Below, in pieces: positions 29,866 to 41,806 of a stretch of 64,000 nucleotides of DNA. The position numbers and the translations under genes are program-made. This DNA is from an uncultured Verrucomicrobiae bacterium (GTDB lineage: Bacteria; Verrucomicrobiota; Verrucomicrobiia; Chthoniobacterales; JAFAMB01): positions 736,001 to 800,000 of the forward strand of contig CAWAIK010000001.1 of assembly GCA_963782115.1 (NCBI GenBank). The letters run 5' to 3'. The notes under the pieces were generated by a model that saw only the letters and a list, made by a program, of their open reading frames with translations, ran no database searches and had not been told where the DNA came from. Within the stretch, counting starts at the first letter, position 1; every line of letters begins with the position of its first letter.

Positions 29866-30110
29866 TCATAACGAATTTTGGACATTTTACCGTCAGTATA
29901 CCAAGCGGTAATGAAGAATTCGTAATTTCCCGCTCCTAGAAAAACATAAACTTCTCTTCCGAGTTCATCGGTTTTTGCTAAACCGAACTTATTTTTGCCG
30001 TCGTCGTAGTGCGCTATGCTTTCCTCTACAGTCCATCCGAGTCCGGCTCGGGAGTATGCGGTCGTTACCAAAGCCACCGCCACGGCTAAAATTAAAAGGC
30101 GAGGTTCCAT
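29866..30110 (-). pseudogene. Secreted 'AGLGWT' paralogue truncated by the IS
   Basis: MEPRLLILAVAVAL signal, AGLGWTVEESIAHY; ORF runs into IS right end. Confidence 0.7.
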
Positions 30111-30338
30111 TCTCCCGTCTAAATGACTCAACTCTCCAAAATAAACGAAAATAATTGCACTCCTCGGCGCGCTAAAGACGTCGAAGTTTGGCCAGGAGGT
30201 CGTCGTACTTTTAAACGTGCCCATCGTCTATAAAAAATCTGAGATGTGTTGTGCCCACTGAAAAGGGCGCTTGGCCACGGCTATCCGGCTGCTGGCGCAC
30301 TGCGGCTTAGGGCCGTGCGCCATGCGGAAGATTTAAAC

Positions 30339-30845
30339 TTATTGAGGCGGACCGTTTCTGTCGAAAATGTGAAGACATTTTGTATTCTGAGCGAAAGAGA
30401 CGGCCTCAACGGTCCAAGATAAGGCAGCTTCCATAGCTTCATGGGAGGATTGAGACACGTTCCCATACGATTTCCCATTTACGTCCGTGAGAAAAGTAAC
30501 TCCATCATAGTCTATTTCGGTCCAATCAGCACCAGGAACGGTGCGGGATAAGAACGCTTTGATAAGTTCCTTGGTAAAAGGTGTTCCGTCTAAACGGGTA
30601 TAGATAATCAGCCAAACTCTGCCGTTGAAGCAATTGGCTTCCATACCGTACCCTTGAGATTGAAAATCGTACTCGATGTCGCCGTTGGGGCCATTCTGTG
30701 CTCCCCGTACTTTCAAAACTTGACCCCAAGCTTGCGTGCATTGGGAAAGAGTACTACCCAGGCCGATTCCAGCGTGGGCAGTAAAGGCGGTTACGGTCGT
30801 TACCACGGACACCGCTACAGCTAAAATTAAAAAGCGACGTCCCAC
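30339..30845 (-). CDS. Secreted 'GxGLGSTL' family protein, intact copy
   Basis: GTG start aligned with ATG of 30110 paralogue; full domain open. Confidence 0.8.
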   Translation of the reverse strand: MGRRFLILAVAVSVVTTVTAFTAHAGIGLGSTLSQCTQAWGQVLKVRGAQNGPNGDIEYDFQSQGYGMEANCFNGRVWLIIYTRLDGTPFTKELIKAFLSRTVPGADWTEIDYDGVTFLTDVNGKSYGNVSQSSHEAMEAALSWTVEAVSFAQNTKCLHIFDRNGPPQ

Positions 30846-30921
30846 TCCCGTCTTAGATGACCCAACTCTTGGAAACAAACGAAAATAATTGCAACTCCCT
30901 CGTTGGTTCAGGCGATCCGTC

Positions 30922-31146
30922 TCATCTTCGCCCAGGTCTTCGTCGTCCTCCAAACCAGAAGCGCTTTTGAGAAGCGGATGGAGCGGGTGCGTTCAACGAA
31001 TGCCGGGCCGGAAAAACATGCGTGCGTCCGACCTGGATGTACCCTAAAAACTGCTCGTTATTGTGGACGATAACGGTGTGGACCTGGACATCGGGGTGAT
31101 AGAGCAAACTTCCAACAGGGAGAGCATTGATTTCAGAGCGGGTCAT
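30922..31146 (-). CDS. Small hypothetical protein
   Basis: MTRSEINALPVGSLLY. Confidence 0.55.
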   Translation of the reverse strand: MTRSEINALPVGSLLYHPDVQVHTVIVHNNEQFLGYIQVGRTHVFPARHSLNAPAPSASQKRFWFGGRRRPGRR

Positions 31147-31959
31147 ACCCCATAAGACATTTCAATATTGATCGGGTCCTGGTGCGATGCGGGATCGGAC
31201 CGTGGGGTGCCGTGCGACACGCCCACGAAAAAGCAAAATCCTCAAGCCCTTTAAAGCAACCCGCTAAAACCTGGGATTGCACTTTTCAAGCCCCAACTGT
31301 GGCAACTCGGTTCCGTCTCGACCCTTCCACGATTCTGTCACTACGCCCTAGAACTGAATATCATCGGGCTCGGGGTCTTCGAATTGAACTCGAGAAACTT
31401 CTGCTTCAACAGCGATTTGCCATAATTGTTCTTTTGCAGAATTCATCGAGTTTTCAAAGTTCTCAACGAGTCGTCTGACTTCTTCTAGATATTCTCCCAG
31501 AGACCTTCGAAACACCAATTGATTGACGGCTTGCCGTCCGTTGTGTCGAATCTGGGCCAATGGTCCGATTCTTTTGGAGAATTGCTTTCCTTGCCTTGGC
31601 CACGACGGTATTCGCTAGCGAAAGGCTAAATGCGCTTGTAACCGCTGCACGAAATTTCTCCACGGGTAAACAGCCCGAAGAATGATGATCCATCTCTCTG
31701 GGAACCTCTTCATCGAGAGCCAACGCAGACCACAACCGATACGCTTGAACTCTTACGCGACTAAGCAGGTCTTATCTGTGCTTCCCAACGAAACAGTTTC
31801 GGGTTTGTGGAAACTGAAGTCGATCGGATCTCATACCCATTTAAAAGAGCCCGTTCCCGCTACCAACGATCGCGATCAATCTTCGAGATCTCGACTGTTG
31901 GAAAAAGGCCAACTTGGCTTCCGCTTTCTTCGAACCAAACAATGTTGCATTTTGGCTCG

Positions 31960-34082
31960 TCACTTCGACACAAGAGCCACGACGCTGCGGGCAGTCACCA
32001 AGTAGGAATTTCCGGAAATTGCAACCTCTGCGCCCGGGTCCGCAATGTCATTCGGCGCCAGGAGCGCAGTATCGAGCGCGCGATACCAACCTCGTCCGGA
32101 AACCGTTGGCAACTCAAAATCTAACGGTTCCCAGTACATATTCATCATGACATGAATTTCCGAATCTTGCTCGAAGCCGGCGAGGGTAAACCCAAGTGCT
32201 CGAGAATTTGGATCATCCCAGCCAGGACTGGAAAGGCGACAGCCATGCCACACGATATCGATCAGCCCGCGGTCGTTTGGCTTACCCTGCTCACCCTGTA
32301 AGAACTCCCTCCTTCGAAGCGCTCGGTTACGTTTGCGAAAATCAATCATGCGCTGGCAGAACCGAAAGATCTCACGGTTTTTCTCCGCGAGGCTCCAATC
32401 AAACCAGCTGATTTCGTTGTCCTGGCAATACGGGTTATTGTTGCCACGCTGGGTACGTCGCACCTCGTCGCCTCCGCAGAGCATCGGAACGCCCTGCGAC
32501 ACCATCATGATGGCGATGAAGTTTTTGATCTGTCTCCGGCGCAGATTCTCGACCTCCTGATCATTCGTCGGACCTTCGATGCCGCAGTTCCAGCTCAAGT
32601 TGTTATCCGAACCATCCCGATTAGATTCGCCGTTCGCTTCGTTGTGCTTACTGTCGTAGGAAACGAGGTCGTTGAGGGTAAAGCCGTCATGGCAGGTAAC
32701 GAAGTTGATGCTGTTGATCGGCAGATGGCCGCTCCATTGATACATGTCGGCGCTCCCGGCGATGCGCGATGCTACCGCGCCCACAAGTCCGGGATCGCCT
32801 TTCACAAGCGCCGAATATCATCGCGGTACCGCCCGTTCCATTCGGCCCAGCGATAACCCGGAAAGTAACCGACCTGGTATGCACCCGCTGCATCCCAGGC
32901 TTCAGCGACTATCTTGGTGTCCGCCAGCACGTCGGACAACTCGATAGCCCAGACTACGGGCGGATACGGCACCAGCTCACCGGACTGATCTCGTGCGAGG
33001 ATGGATCCTTCATCGAAGCGGAACCCATCAACATGCATATCACGGACCCAGAATTCCAGGCATTCGACGATCAGTTTTTCGGCGATCGGGTGATTACAGT
33101 TAACCGTGTTACCGCAGCCGGAGTAATCCATATAATATTGTTTGTCCGAGGGCACCAGATGGTAGTAAATCCTATTGTCCAGGCTTTTGAAATTGATGGT
33201 GGGTCCATCCTGATTTCCCTCGCTGGTGTGATTAAACACCACATCCAGAATCACCTCGATCCCGGCTCTGTGGAACGCCTTCACCATGTCTCTGAAGTCA
33301 CGAAGGTGACTGCCCTCTTCGTACGAAACACAGTAAGCGCACTTAGGAGCAAAGAAGCTGTGTGTGCTATAGCCCCAAAAGTTCGTTAGGGGTTTTCCAT
33401 CCGCCGGGCTGACGCGCATCACTTCCTTGTTGTCGAAGTCCATTACCGGCATGAGTTCTACGGCGGTTATGCCCAACCCTTTCAGGTAAGGAATCTTTTC
33501 GATGAGGCCGGAAAAGGTTCCCGGATGGGTCACTCCACTTGTGGGCGACTTCGTATAGCTTCCGACATGCAGCTCGTAAATGACGGTATCGCGCATCGGG
33601 CGATGGATTGGCATATCGCCTTCCCAATCGTAAGATGCCGCATCTATCACGATGCTGCGCATGGAAGTTTTCACGTTGTCATCCTGCCCGCAAGCAGCGA
33701 CGCGGTCCCAAAGGGCATTCGTGTTTCCTTTGGAGTAGGGGTCGATGAGCACCTTGTTTTTGTTGAACCGGTGGCCCAATGCCAATGAACTTTGACCCTC
33801 CTTTCTTTGGCTATCCTCTCTTGGACCATCGACTCGGTAAGCGTAGTGCGCGCCGGGTCGCAGGCCGCTCACATAGATGTGCCAGAAGAAGAACGTCGTG
33901 CTCACGGCCGGATCTAGCGGGATTACGTGGGTGGGCTCTAAATCCTTGGGCTTATCAAAAAGCAACAGTTCTACTCCCTTGGCGTCATAGGAGAAGATTG
34001 AGAAATTGACGCCTTCAGCGTCCGGGGTGGCACCCAAGGGATGACGCGAGCTCTTTTTGGTCGTACCTTTTTGGTCAGCCAT
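31960..34082 (-). pseudogene. glgX: Glycogen debranching enzyme, frameshifted at ~32806
   Basis: HPLGAT, NFWGYST, DVVFNH, DGFRFD, AEAWD, NFVTCHDGFTL, GNNNPYCQDN; one T missing in RRFVKG. Confidence 0.93.
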
Positions 34083-34413
34083 ATCTCTTTTTTCTCTACT
34101 TCAAGCCGAGATCCGACAACAAAGAAACAAATGGAGAATTCTGGCGAAGCCGGTCGGCGCGTTCACTGGAATCTTCCAGTAATCTAATCATTTGTAAAGG
34201 GCACCACAGGTGCTCGAGGGTCTCCAGAAAGATTTGAGGGAATGCGTGCTATTCATCGTCCAGAGTGACACCTGTCGCCGTCGTGCCTGGCATCTGGGCC
34301 GTGAGTTAACTGTGGTCTCTGAGCTCAACACGGATACCTAGACCGGGAACGTCATGTTGTTCGTATTCTTAAAAACAGTATCCGGCGGAGGGTGAACGGC
34401 GCTATTATTACTC

Positions 34414-35814
34414 ATGTCTCAACCAGAACAGTTTGAAGTCCTGATCCTTGGCAGTGGACAGGGGGGAAAGTTACTGGCTTGGCATATGGCGCGCTCGGGG
34501 CGACGGACTGCCGTCGTGGAGCGCCGGTGGATCGGGGGCTCCTGCCCCAACATCGCCTGCCTGCCCAGCAAGAATGAGATTTGGAGCGCGGAAGTCGCAC
34601 ATCTGGTGCGTCACGCCGCGCAGTTCGGCACCACGACCGGTTCCGTCGCGACCGACATGGCAAAGGTTCGCCAGCGCAAGCGCGACATGGTTAACCGCGA
34701 AATTGATTTCCATTTGCGGCAATACAAGACGACCGGCGCCGAATTGATCATGGGGACTGGGCGTTTTGTGGCACCGAAAACGCTCGAAGTGCGCCTGAAT
34801 GACGGCGGGACGCGCGAGCTGGCGGGCGACCAGGTTTTCCTCAACATCGGAACGCACACGGCAATTCCGAGCGTTCCTGGTCTCGAGGCCGCCCGACCCC
34901 TCACACATATTGAGGCTCTGGAGCTCGACTACTTGCCGCCACATCTGATCGTCCTTGGGGGCGGCTATGTCGGCCTCGAATTGGCCCAGGCTTACCTTCG
35001 CTTCGGTAGCCGGGTGACGGTCATCCAGTCTGGGCCTCAGCTGATGACCCGGGAGGATCCTGACGTCGCGGCTGAAATGCAGCGGATTCTCAGTGAGGAA
35101 GGTATGCAAATTCTAGTGGCGGCTGAGCCCCTCAATGTGCACGGCCAATCCGGAAAGGAAGTCAGCGTGACCGTGCGCACTACCTCCGGTGAGCAAAAGA
35201 TCGAGGGCAGCGACATCCTGGTCGCAGCAGGGCGCATTCCAAACACCGCCGGGATTGGGCTTGAGAAAGCCGGCGTTGAGTTGGATGGTCGTGGCTACAT
35301 TCGCGTCAATGAGCGGCTGGAGACGACTGCGTCCGGTGTCTGGGCGCTGGGGGAATCCGCCGGTAGCCCCCAGTTCACGCACGTATCCGTCGACGACTTT
35401 CGAATCATCAGGGACAATCTGGCTGGAGGGAAGCGCAGCACTCGCGATCGGCTGGTTCCATACTGCCTGTTCACGGACCCTCCACTTGCCCACGTGGGAC
35501 TGAGCGAAGGCGATGCGCAACGCCAAGGCGTCACCGTGCGGGTCGCGAGATTGCCGATGAGCGCTGTGTTGCGGACAGAGGCGACGGGCGAAACACAAGG
35601 CTTCATGAAGGCTCTTGTCGGAGGGAGTGACGACCGCATTCTCGGCTTCACGATGATTGGTTCCGAGGCCGGCGAGGTCATGGCCGGGGTGCAAATGGCG
35701 ATTCTGGCAAACCTGCCATATGGGAGGATCCGAGACGCCGTTCTCGTCCACCCGACCATAGCGGAAGGACTCGGTTCACTCTTTTCGAATGTGCCGTCCG
35801 CGTCCGCACAATAG
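34414..35814 (+). CDS. Pyridine nucleotide-disulfide oxidoreductase (MerA/RclA-like)
   Basis: GSGQGG, GGSCPNIACLPSK, GGGYVG, HPT.AE; no C-terminal CC pair. Confidence 0.92.
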   Translation: MSQPEQFEVLILGSGQGGKLLAWHMARSGRRTAVVERRWIGGSCPNIACLPSKNEIWSAEVAHLVRHAAQFGTTTGSVATDMAKVRQRKRDMVNREIDFHLRQYKTTGAELIMGTGRFVAPKTLEVRLNDGGTRELAGDQVFLNIGTHTAIPSVPGLEAARPLTHIEALELDYLPPHLIVLGGGYVGLELAQAYLRFGSRVTVIQSGPQLMTREDPDVAAEMQRILSEEGMQILVAAEPLNVHGQSGKEVSVTVRTTSGEQKIEGSDILVAAGRIPNTAGIGLEKAGVELDGRGYIRVNERLETTASGVWALGESAGSPQFTHVSVDDFRIIRDNLAGGKRSTRDRLVPYCLFTDPPLAHVGLSEGDAQRQGVTVRVARLPMSAVLRTEATGETQGFMKALVGGSDDRILGFTMIGSEAGEVMAGVQMAILANLPYGRIRDAVLVHPTIAEGLGSLFSNVPSASAQ

Positions 35815-35896
35815 GTCACGCCAAAAAGTGAGTTGTTGACGCCCCGATTCCCGCTTTCAACGGGTGCGGGCTCCAAACACAAAATAAGGAGAACAC

Positions 35897-36643
35897 ATGA
35901 GCAAACTCACAGGTAAAGTCGCAGTCGTCACCGGCGCATCCAAAGGCATCGGAGCGGCCATCGCCAAGTCACTGGCCGCAGAAGGAGCATCCGTAGTCGT
36001 GAACTACGCTTCCAGCAAGGCTGGCGCGGACACTGTGGTCGCCGCCATCACCGCAGCCGGTGGCAAGGCTGTCGCCGTGGGGGGCGACGTCTCCAATGCG
36101 GCCGAGGCACAGGGTATCATCGAAGCCGCCCTCAAAAACTACGGCCGACTCGACATCCTCGTAAACAACTCCGGCGTGTACGAGTACACCCCCCTCGAGG
36201 CTATCACCGAGGGGCACTTTCACCGGCACTTCAACATCAATGTGCTGGGCCTCCTCCTTGTTACGCAAGCCGCTGTGAAGTATCTCGGGGAGGGAGGCAG
36301 CATCATAAACATGGGCTCCGTTGCCAGTCGCATCACATCTCCGAACAGCGCGGTTTACTCCGGCACTAAGGCCGCGATCGACGCCATCACCATCGTGCTG
36401 TCCCGCGAGCTCGGCTCGAAAAAGATCCGGGTCAACACCCTCAGTCCCGGCATAGTCGAGACTGAAGGCACCCACAGCGGCGGCTTCATCGGATCTGAGT
36501 TCGAAAAGTTCGCCGTCGCGCAGACTCCGCTCGGCCGCATCGGCCAACCAAGTGATATCGCCTCCATCGCTGTCTTTCTGGCCTCGGAAGACTCCGCCTG
36601 GCTTACCGGCGAACGACTTCTCGCCACCGGTGGCCTTCGTTAA
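35897..36643 (+). CDS. Short-chain dehydrogenase/reductase
   Basis: TGASKGIG, VNNSG, YSGTK; AGGAG RBS. Confidence 0.95.
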   Translation: MSKLTGKVAVVTGASKGIGAAIAKSLAAEGASVVVNYASSKAGADTVVAAITAAGGKAVAVGGDVSNAAEAQGIIEAALKNYGRLDILVNNSGVYEYTPLEAITEGHFHRHFNINVLGLLLVTQAAVKYLGEGGSIINMGSVASRITSPNSAVYSGTKAAIDAITIVLSRELGSKKIRVNTLSPGIVETEGTHSGGFIGSEFEKFAVAQTPLGRIGQPSDIASIAVFLASEDSAWLTGERLLATGGLR

Positions 36644-36902
36644 TCCGTAAACAACTGTTCGGTAAAAGGCGGCACTTCTCCAACGCGAGTTCAAGTCCAT
36701 GCGACAGAGTCTTCTGAATCAGGCAAGCAGTGTGATGGACCGCGGCTGAGTAGAAGACTGAACCGCGAAGTGACTTATACTTGTAGATTAGCTCTTCAAG
36801 AGTAACGATCACGGACGCAACGGAAGAACCATAGTGGCCATAGGGGGCTGAATTGAAGGAGCAAGGAATGACCCCGGCGCTTCACGAAAGGTAGTTTATT
36901 AG

Positions 36903-37736
36903 ATGCCTCTCCTCGTCACAAGCGCGGCCGGTGCAAATGGCAACGGATATGGCACGCTTCTGGCCTTCGACCTCAATGGCAGGTCGCTCGGTGCCTTCAG
37001 CGGTGACAGCCGCATTGCCGATCCACGCGGCCTTGCCGTCGATCGGGACGAAGGGCTGCTCTTTCTCAACAGCGGCACCGACCGGGTGTTGGCGCTCGAC
37101 CCGAATAGGAGGGTCGTTTGTGACAGCGGCCCGATTGAAGGGCTGAACCCCGGCGGCAGCAATTTTGGGCCGGACGGCCGTTATTATGTCGGCGCGCGCA
37201 GCGCGCGTACGATCATGGCTTTTTCAATCGGGCTTGGCGCGACCGGCGAGTATGTCCTGCCGGCCGGGATAGTGCCATTTCCCCGCGGATTTGCGTTCGG
37301 TCGTGACGGCAGGCTGTTCCTGGGCTCCGGCATCGGCCCGAATGGCGAGGGCGACGACACCATCGTCGCGTTCGCTTCCACGGGACCTATCCAGGCGTCC
37401 CGGTTGGTGACGGATCCGGAACTCAGCCCTCTCGATCTTGCGATCGCGCCCAACGGCAACATTGTGGTTTCCAGCGAGCGTCCATTCGGCATGTCTGACG
37501 CCGTGACGACGGTTCGAGAATACGATGCCCTGGACGGCCGCCTCGTCCGCGTCTTCTCTCCAAACCAACTCGCCGAATTCCGCAAGCCCCGCGACCTGCG
37601 CTTTGCTCCGAACGGGCATCTCTGCTGCGTCGCGCAGGATGAGGTTGTCGCTTTCGATTTCATCAGCGGTGAATGCCTTGGGGTCATTGTGCGCTTGCCC
37701 CGCTTGAACGGGCAAGCGCTAGTGTTTTTTCCTTAG
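36903..37736 (+). CDS. Beta-propeller (NHL-like) protein
   Basis: Repeated PRGLA/FGPDG/PRGFAFG/PLDLAI motifs. Confidence 0.8.
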   Translation: MPLLVTSAAGANGNGYGTLLAFDLNGRSLGAFSGDSRIADPRGLAVDRDEGLLFLNSGTDRVLALDPNRRVVCDSGPIEGLNPGGSNFGPDGRYYVGARSARTIMAFSIGLGATGEYVLPAGIVPFPRGFAFGRDGRLFLGSGIGPNGEGDDTIVAFASTGPIQASRLVTDPELSPLDLAIAPNGNIVVSSERPFGMSDAVTTVREYDALDGRLVRVFSPNQLAEFRKPRDLRFAPNGHLCCVAQDEVVAFDFISGECLGVIVRLPRLNGQALVFFP

Positions 37737-38056
37737 TAGATCCCCGGTTTTCGTAAAGTTGCTCGATTAGTCAATGCGCCGCCGGGCTGAAGGGCAGAGT
37801 AGACCGTTCGAGGGCTTCGGGAGGATCACAGGAGGAGGGTAATTCAGAAGCATGCAAGCATTGATAAAGAGAGAGAGCAACTGGTTAAACGCATTCAGGC
37901 GGCGGTCCGGGCCGCGAAACTGCGACGCGGGCCGTCTTCTTCACGCCTCGACGCCAGTTTGAAAGGGCCGGTTCTGAGCAATTCATTTTGACTTATGAGT
38001 TTCGACGCAATCAATGACATCTCATCGGGTATGGAGTAGTTTCCTCGCCCTGTTGT

Positions 38057-39172
38057 ATGATTTTTGGGTTGTGGAAGCGTAGTGAGACGGATTCGACGAA
38101 GTTTGTTTCGTATACGGCCAGCGCCGCAGGTGTGTGCGTTGCCAGAGTTGCATATGAAGATATTCGCCAGGCATTTGGACTCCCTGGTGTGTCCAATGAA
38201 CTTCTGCGTGCCCGTGCGAATGCAAGAGTAACCAACAAGAAAGCACTTAGCGAAATAGCCACCAGTCTCTTGGAAGCTGGTCAGGCAAAGCGCATTTATG
38301 ATTATCTTGTTGTCGATATCAGCCGCAGTGACTTGGCTACGAGAAAGAAGGAGTTCGCGTGGAGTGAGGACGACATTCCTGAGAGTATGGGGCTGGAAGC
38401 AAAGCCAACCACGGTACCTTTCAGCCATTTCGAACTGGAAAGTGACATAGTGTATCAACTGCTGATGTCACTCGGCTATAGGCATGTTTTCCTTTGTAAT
38501 TCCAATGAGGGGCAAAAGTTTGAATCTGGAGCCGATGTGTCAACAAATTTGAAGAATCGTTTAACCGGATTTCAGGTCAAGGAGTACCATTTCGATCTGG
38601 GGAGTGGGAAGAAGGGAAGTAAGGCGCGAGGTGAAGAGTCTCGAAAAGCAGCTGATGGTCTGCCAGCCCCAATGTGGGTGAAGCCGCTCTCGATGCCAGC
38701 GTTAATCCATCTGGTTCGAGAGGCAGCCAAGAAAGGATGGTCTGAAAAGGACTTCCCTGACATGAGCCTTTTGATTGCGGCATCAATACCGCAGTTAAGA
38801 GGAACAGGATCAACGTTCTTGTATAAACCAAGCCTAAGTGTGGATGAGATGAACGCGCAACTCTTTCCAATATTGGAACGGACCAAATATTCCGCTGCCT
38901 ATCTCTATCTCGTGATGTGGAGGTCTGTTTACAAATGGACGAGAGAAGGTGGGTGGAAAATAAGCGACCTATCACTCTCACAGGGGACGAACTCGCGTGG
39001 AACGCCATTGGTTCAAGTACCAGGCCCATTCGTTCAGTATGGAAACGAGCCAAATAAGCGCAACGTAGGGGCGCAACGGTCTCGGACGCTCCACATTGGA
39101 TATCGTTCCAGGGAGTGGCAAAGCTCCAGCATACTCTTTGGCAGTGCGCCCGAGCGTGTCGCCTCGATCTGA
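38057..39172 (+). CDS. Hypothetical protein, possible PD-(D/E)xK fold
   Basis: 371 aa ORF; GADV...GFQVKE. Confidence 0.55.
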   Translation: MIFGLWKRSETDSTKFVSYTASAAGVCVARVAYEDIRQAFGLPGVSNELLRARANARVTNKKALSEIATSLLEAGQAKRIYDYLVVDISRSDLATRKKEFAWSEDDIPESMGLEAKPTTVPFSHFELESDIVYQLLMSLGYRHVFLCNSNEGQKFESGADVSTNLKNRLTGFQVKEYHFDLGSGKKGSKARGEESRKAADGLPAPMWVKPLSMPALIHLVREAAKKGWSEKDFPDMSLLIAASIPQLRGTGSTFLYKPSLSVDEMNAQLFPILERTKYSAAYLYLVMWRSVYKWTREGGWKISDLSLSQGTNSRGTPLVQVPGPFVQYGNEPNKRNVGAQRSRTLHIGYRSREWQSSSILFGSAPERVASI

Positions 39173-39597
39173 TTGTATGCTCTTTATGGAATGAGAGCTG
39201 CCCGGGCGCCAATTTGTTCAAACGCCAGCGATCGTCATTCAAAGTTCGGTTTGAACGCTTCTCCTTTACTTGTTGGGCGTAAAAGGCAAGGCTTCGCAAA
39301 GCTGGGTAATTGCGAACGTGCCCTGCTTGGTTGGGAAGAACCGGCTCGTCTCTTACCGGTTTCCGAATCCAAGCTGGAACCCTGAACGCCGGCTATTTTT
39401 TCGGGGTAGGACCGAGGGGCATTTTTAGCCAACATTGTTGTTGTTTGTTGTAAAGAACATTCCAAGATGGCCGATTTGGGCGCTTTTGTCCACGATTGGG
39501 GGGTACCTGACCAATCGAACATCATCGACCCGGATGAAACCTTAATTAATGAGAATAGTAGACGGACGATAATTGACATATTGGGTAGCGAGACGAG

Positions 39598-40496
39598 ATG
39601 AAACAGATGTTCATCGTTGGGCACGGTGGCCCAGAGAAACTACAGCTGCGCCAATCCCCGGACCCGAGCCCGGCCCAGGGCGATGTGGTGGGGCCTGGCT
39701 CGGGGCAATCCTGGATCGAGAGGCACGTCTTTGCATTGACGCGTTTCGGCGGCTATTCAGACGTGGTGGTCGTTCCAGAGAAACACGTTTTCCGAAAGCC
39801 GGCCTCGCTCTCCCACGAACAGGCCGCGGCAATCCCAGTTAACTACCTTACTGCGTGGCAGCTGCTCGTGGTCATGGGCTCGCTGAAACGTGAGGAGACG
39901 GTGCTAGTGCTAGTTCACAATGTCGGCGGTGGCGTCGGACTTGCCGCGATTGACATTGCACGCCACACCGGTTCCACGATTTACGGAACGGCAAGCAGCG
40001 CAAAGCACGCCTTCCTGTTCGAGCGCGGGGTGCACGAAGCTATCGACTACCGCGCAAAGGACTGGGTAGTCGAACTGGACCGGCTCACCAATGGAAAAGG
40101 CGTGGCACTCATCACCGATCCGCTTGGCGGCAATCACTGGAAAAAAGCTACAAGGCGCTGCGCTCAACGGGACGGCTCGGGATGTTTGGTGTTTCTGTGG
40201 CAACGACCTCGAAGCTGCCGGGGCCTTTGCGTCTGCTGCCGCTCGCGCTTGGCACGCCGTTTTTCCGTCCGCTCGCGCTAATGAACGCAAACAAATCCGT
40301 CTTCGGCGTGAACCTCGGTCACATGTAGCACGAGAGCGACATGATTGCGGGTTGGATGGAGATATTGCTGAAAGGCGTCGCGGATGGCTGGGTCCGCCCC
40401 CATGTCGACAAGAGCTTCCCGCTTGCGCAGGCCGGCGAGGCGCAAACGTATATCGAAGAGCGCAAGAACATTGGCAAGGTAGTGCTGACAACGTGA
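39598..40496 (+). pseudogene. MDR/VAT-1-like oxidoreductase pseudogene
   Basis: IPVNYLTAW, GGGVG; internal deletion, frameshift in A-run at 40141, TAG at 40326. Confidence 0.88.
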
Positions 40497-40572
40497 GGCG
40501 GTCAGCACTTTGGGATCGCCATTCCAAGTTCGATCAAGACAAAGATTTTGATGCCCAAGGCGCAAACAAAGA

Positions 40573-40612
40573 AGGGACAGCTCAGATAGAAGGGACAGCT
40601 CAGATAGAAGGA
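40573..40612 (+). repeat. 18-bp tandem duplication
   Basis: AGGGACAGCTCAGATAGA x2. Confidence 0.85.
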
Positions 40613-40787
40613 GAGGTGAAGGACGGGTAAGAAAGACAGGGCCGTAACGAGAAAAGGTGCCTCAGGTCGGAAGCGTCGAAGAGCGCTGGATGCTTTCACT
40701 AAGCTAAGGAGGTGTACGCTGAGTGGCATCACCTTCCCCTAGAGTCACCGCGACGGCAATTCGGATTCGAACGAAAGGAGTTTACTT

Positions 40788-41806
40788 ATGCGGCAGTTGC
40801 AACTTATAGCTCACGGCGAACCTTCAGATGTCATCGAACTCAAGACCGTCCCCGAACCGCCTCTTGGCCAGGACGATGTTCTCATCTCGATGGATGCGGC
40901 GCCGATGAATCCGTCGGACTTTTTGTTCGTGCGCGGCACCTACGGCATCCAGCCCGCGTTCCCATCTCCGCTAGGCGGTGAAGGTGTTGGCCTGGCCGAG
41001 TCGCGAAGATCGGATCGAGGGTGAATGTTGCTCTCCGGGGCAAGCGAGTCCTGATTCTTTCTACCTACGAACAAGGCACATGGGCAGATGAAGTTGTCGT
41101 GCACGTGCGAAACATAGTGCCAATAAGCGACGAAGCAGATCCCCTGCAACTTTCGATGATCGGAATTAACCCTGCTACCGCCTATCTCTTGCTAAACCGG
41201 TACGTTTCCCTGATGCCCGGTGACTGGATCGGTCAAACCGCAGCCAACGCGGCCATGGGGCAGTACATCATCGCGCTCGCGAAGCTTGCAGGAGTCAAGA
41301 CGCTGAATGTCGTCCGGCGGAAAGAAGCTGCCGAACAGGTGCGGCAGTGGGGAGGTCACCGCGTAGTCCTCCAAGGCGACAACTTACACAAGGATATTGA
41401 GGAGGCTCTCGACGGGAAGAAACTTAGCCTCGTCCTCGATACGGTGGGTGGAACTCCCGTGGGCGAGTTGGCAAAGTCGCTTAAACCTGGCGGCTCGATT
41501 GTTGTCTACGCCATGCAAGGCGGGCAGTTCCCAGCCATCTCGCCCAAAGACTTCATCTATCGTGGTCTTAGCCTCCATGGATTCTGGCTCATCAATTGGT
41601 TACGCAACGCGCCTCGCACAGAGATCGAGGAGATTTACCAGAAGCTGGGAGACCTCGTAGCTGATGGATCGCTCTCCGCCGCAGTGGAGCATGTCTACCC
41701 GCTCGACCAGTTCAAGGAAGCGTTCAAGCAATCTTTGAAATCGAATCGCAGCGGCAAGGTCCTGTTCCGGTTGGGGGCTACTGATGTGGCCGTGATTTCG
41801 ACGTAA
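40788..41806 (+). pseudogene. MDR 2-enoyl-thioester/quinone reductase-like, frameshifted near 41000
   Basis: APMNPSD, GGEGVG in first frame; INPATAY, QTAANAAMG in second. Confidence 0.85.

Noticed and set aside
34414..35814. merA mercury resistance
   Set aside because: Lacks C-terminal Cys pair and any mer operon context.
34471..37715. Long minus-strand ORFs opposite the oxidoreductase genes
   Set aside because: GC-rich antisense shadows with no motifs.
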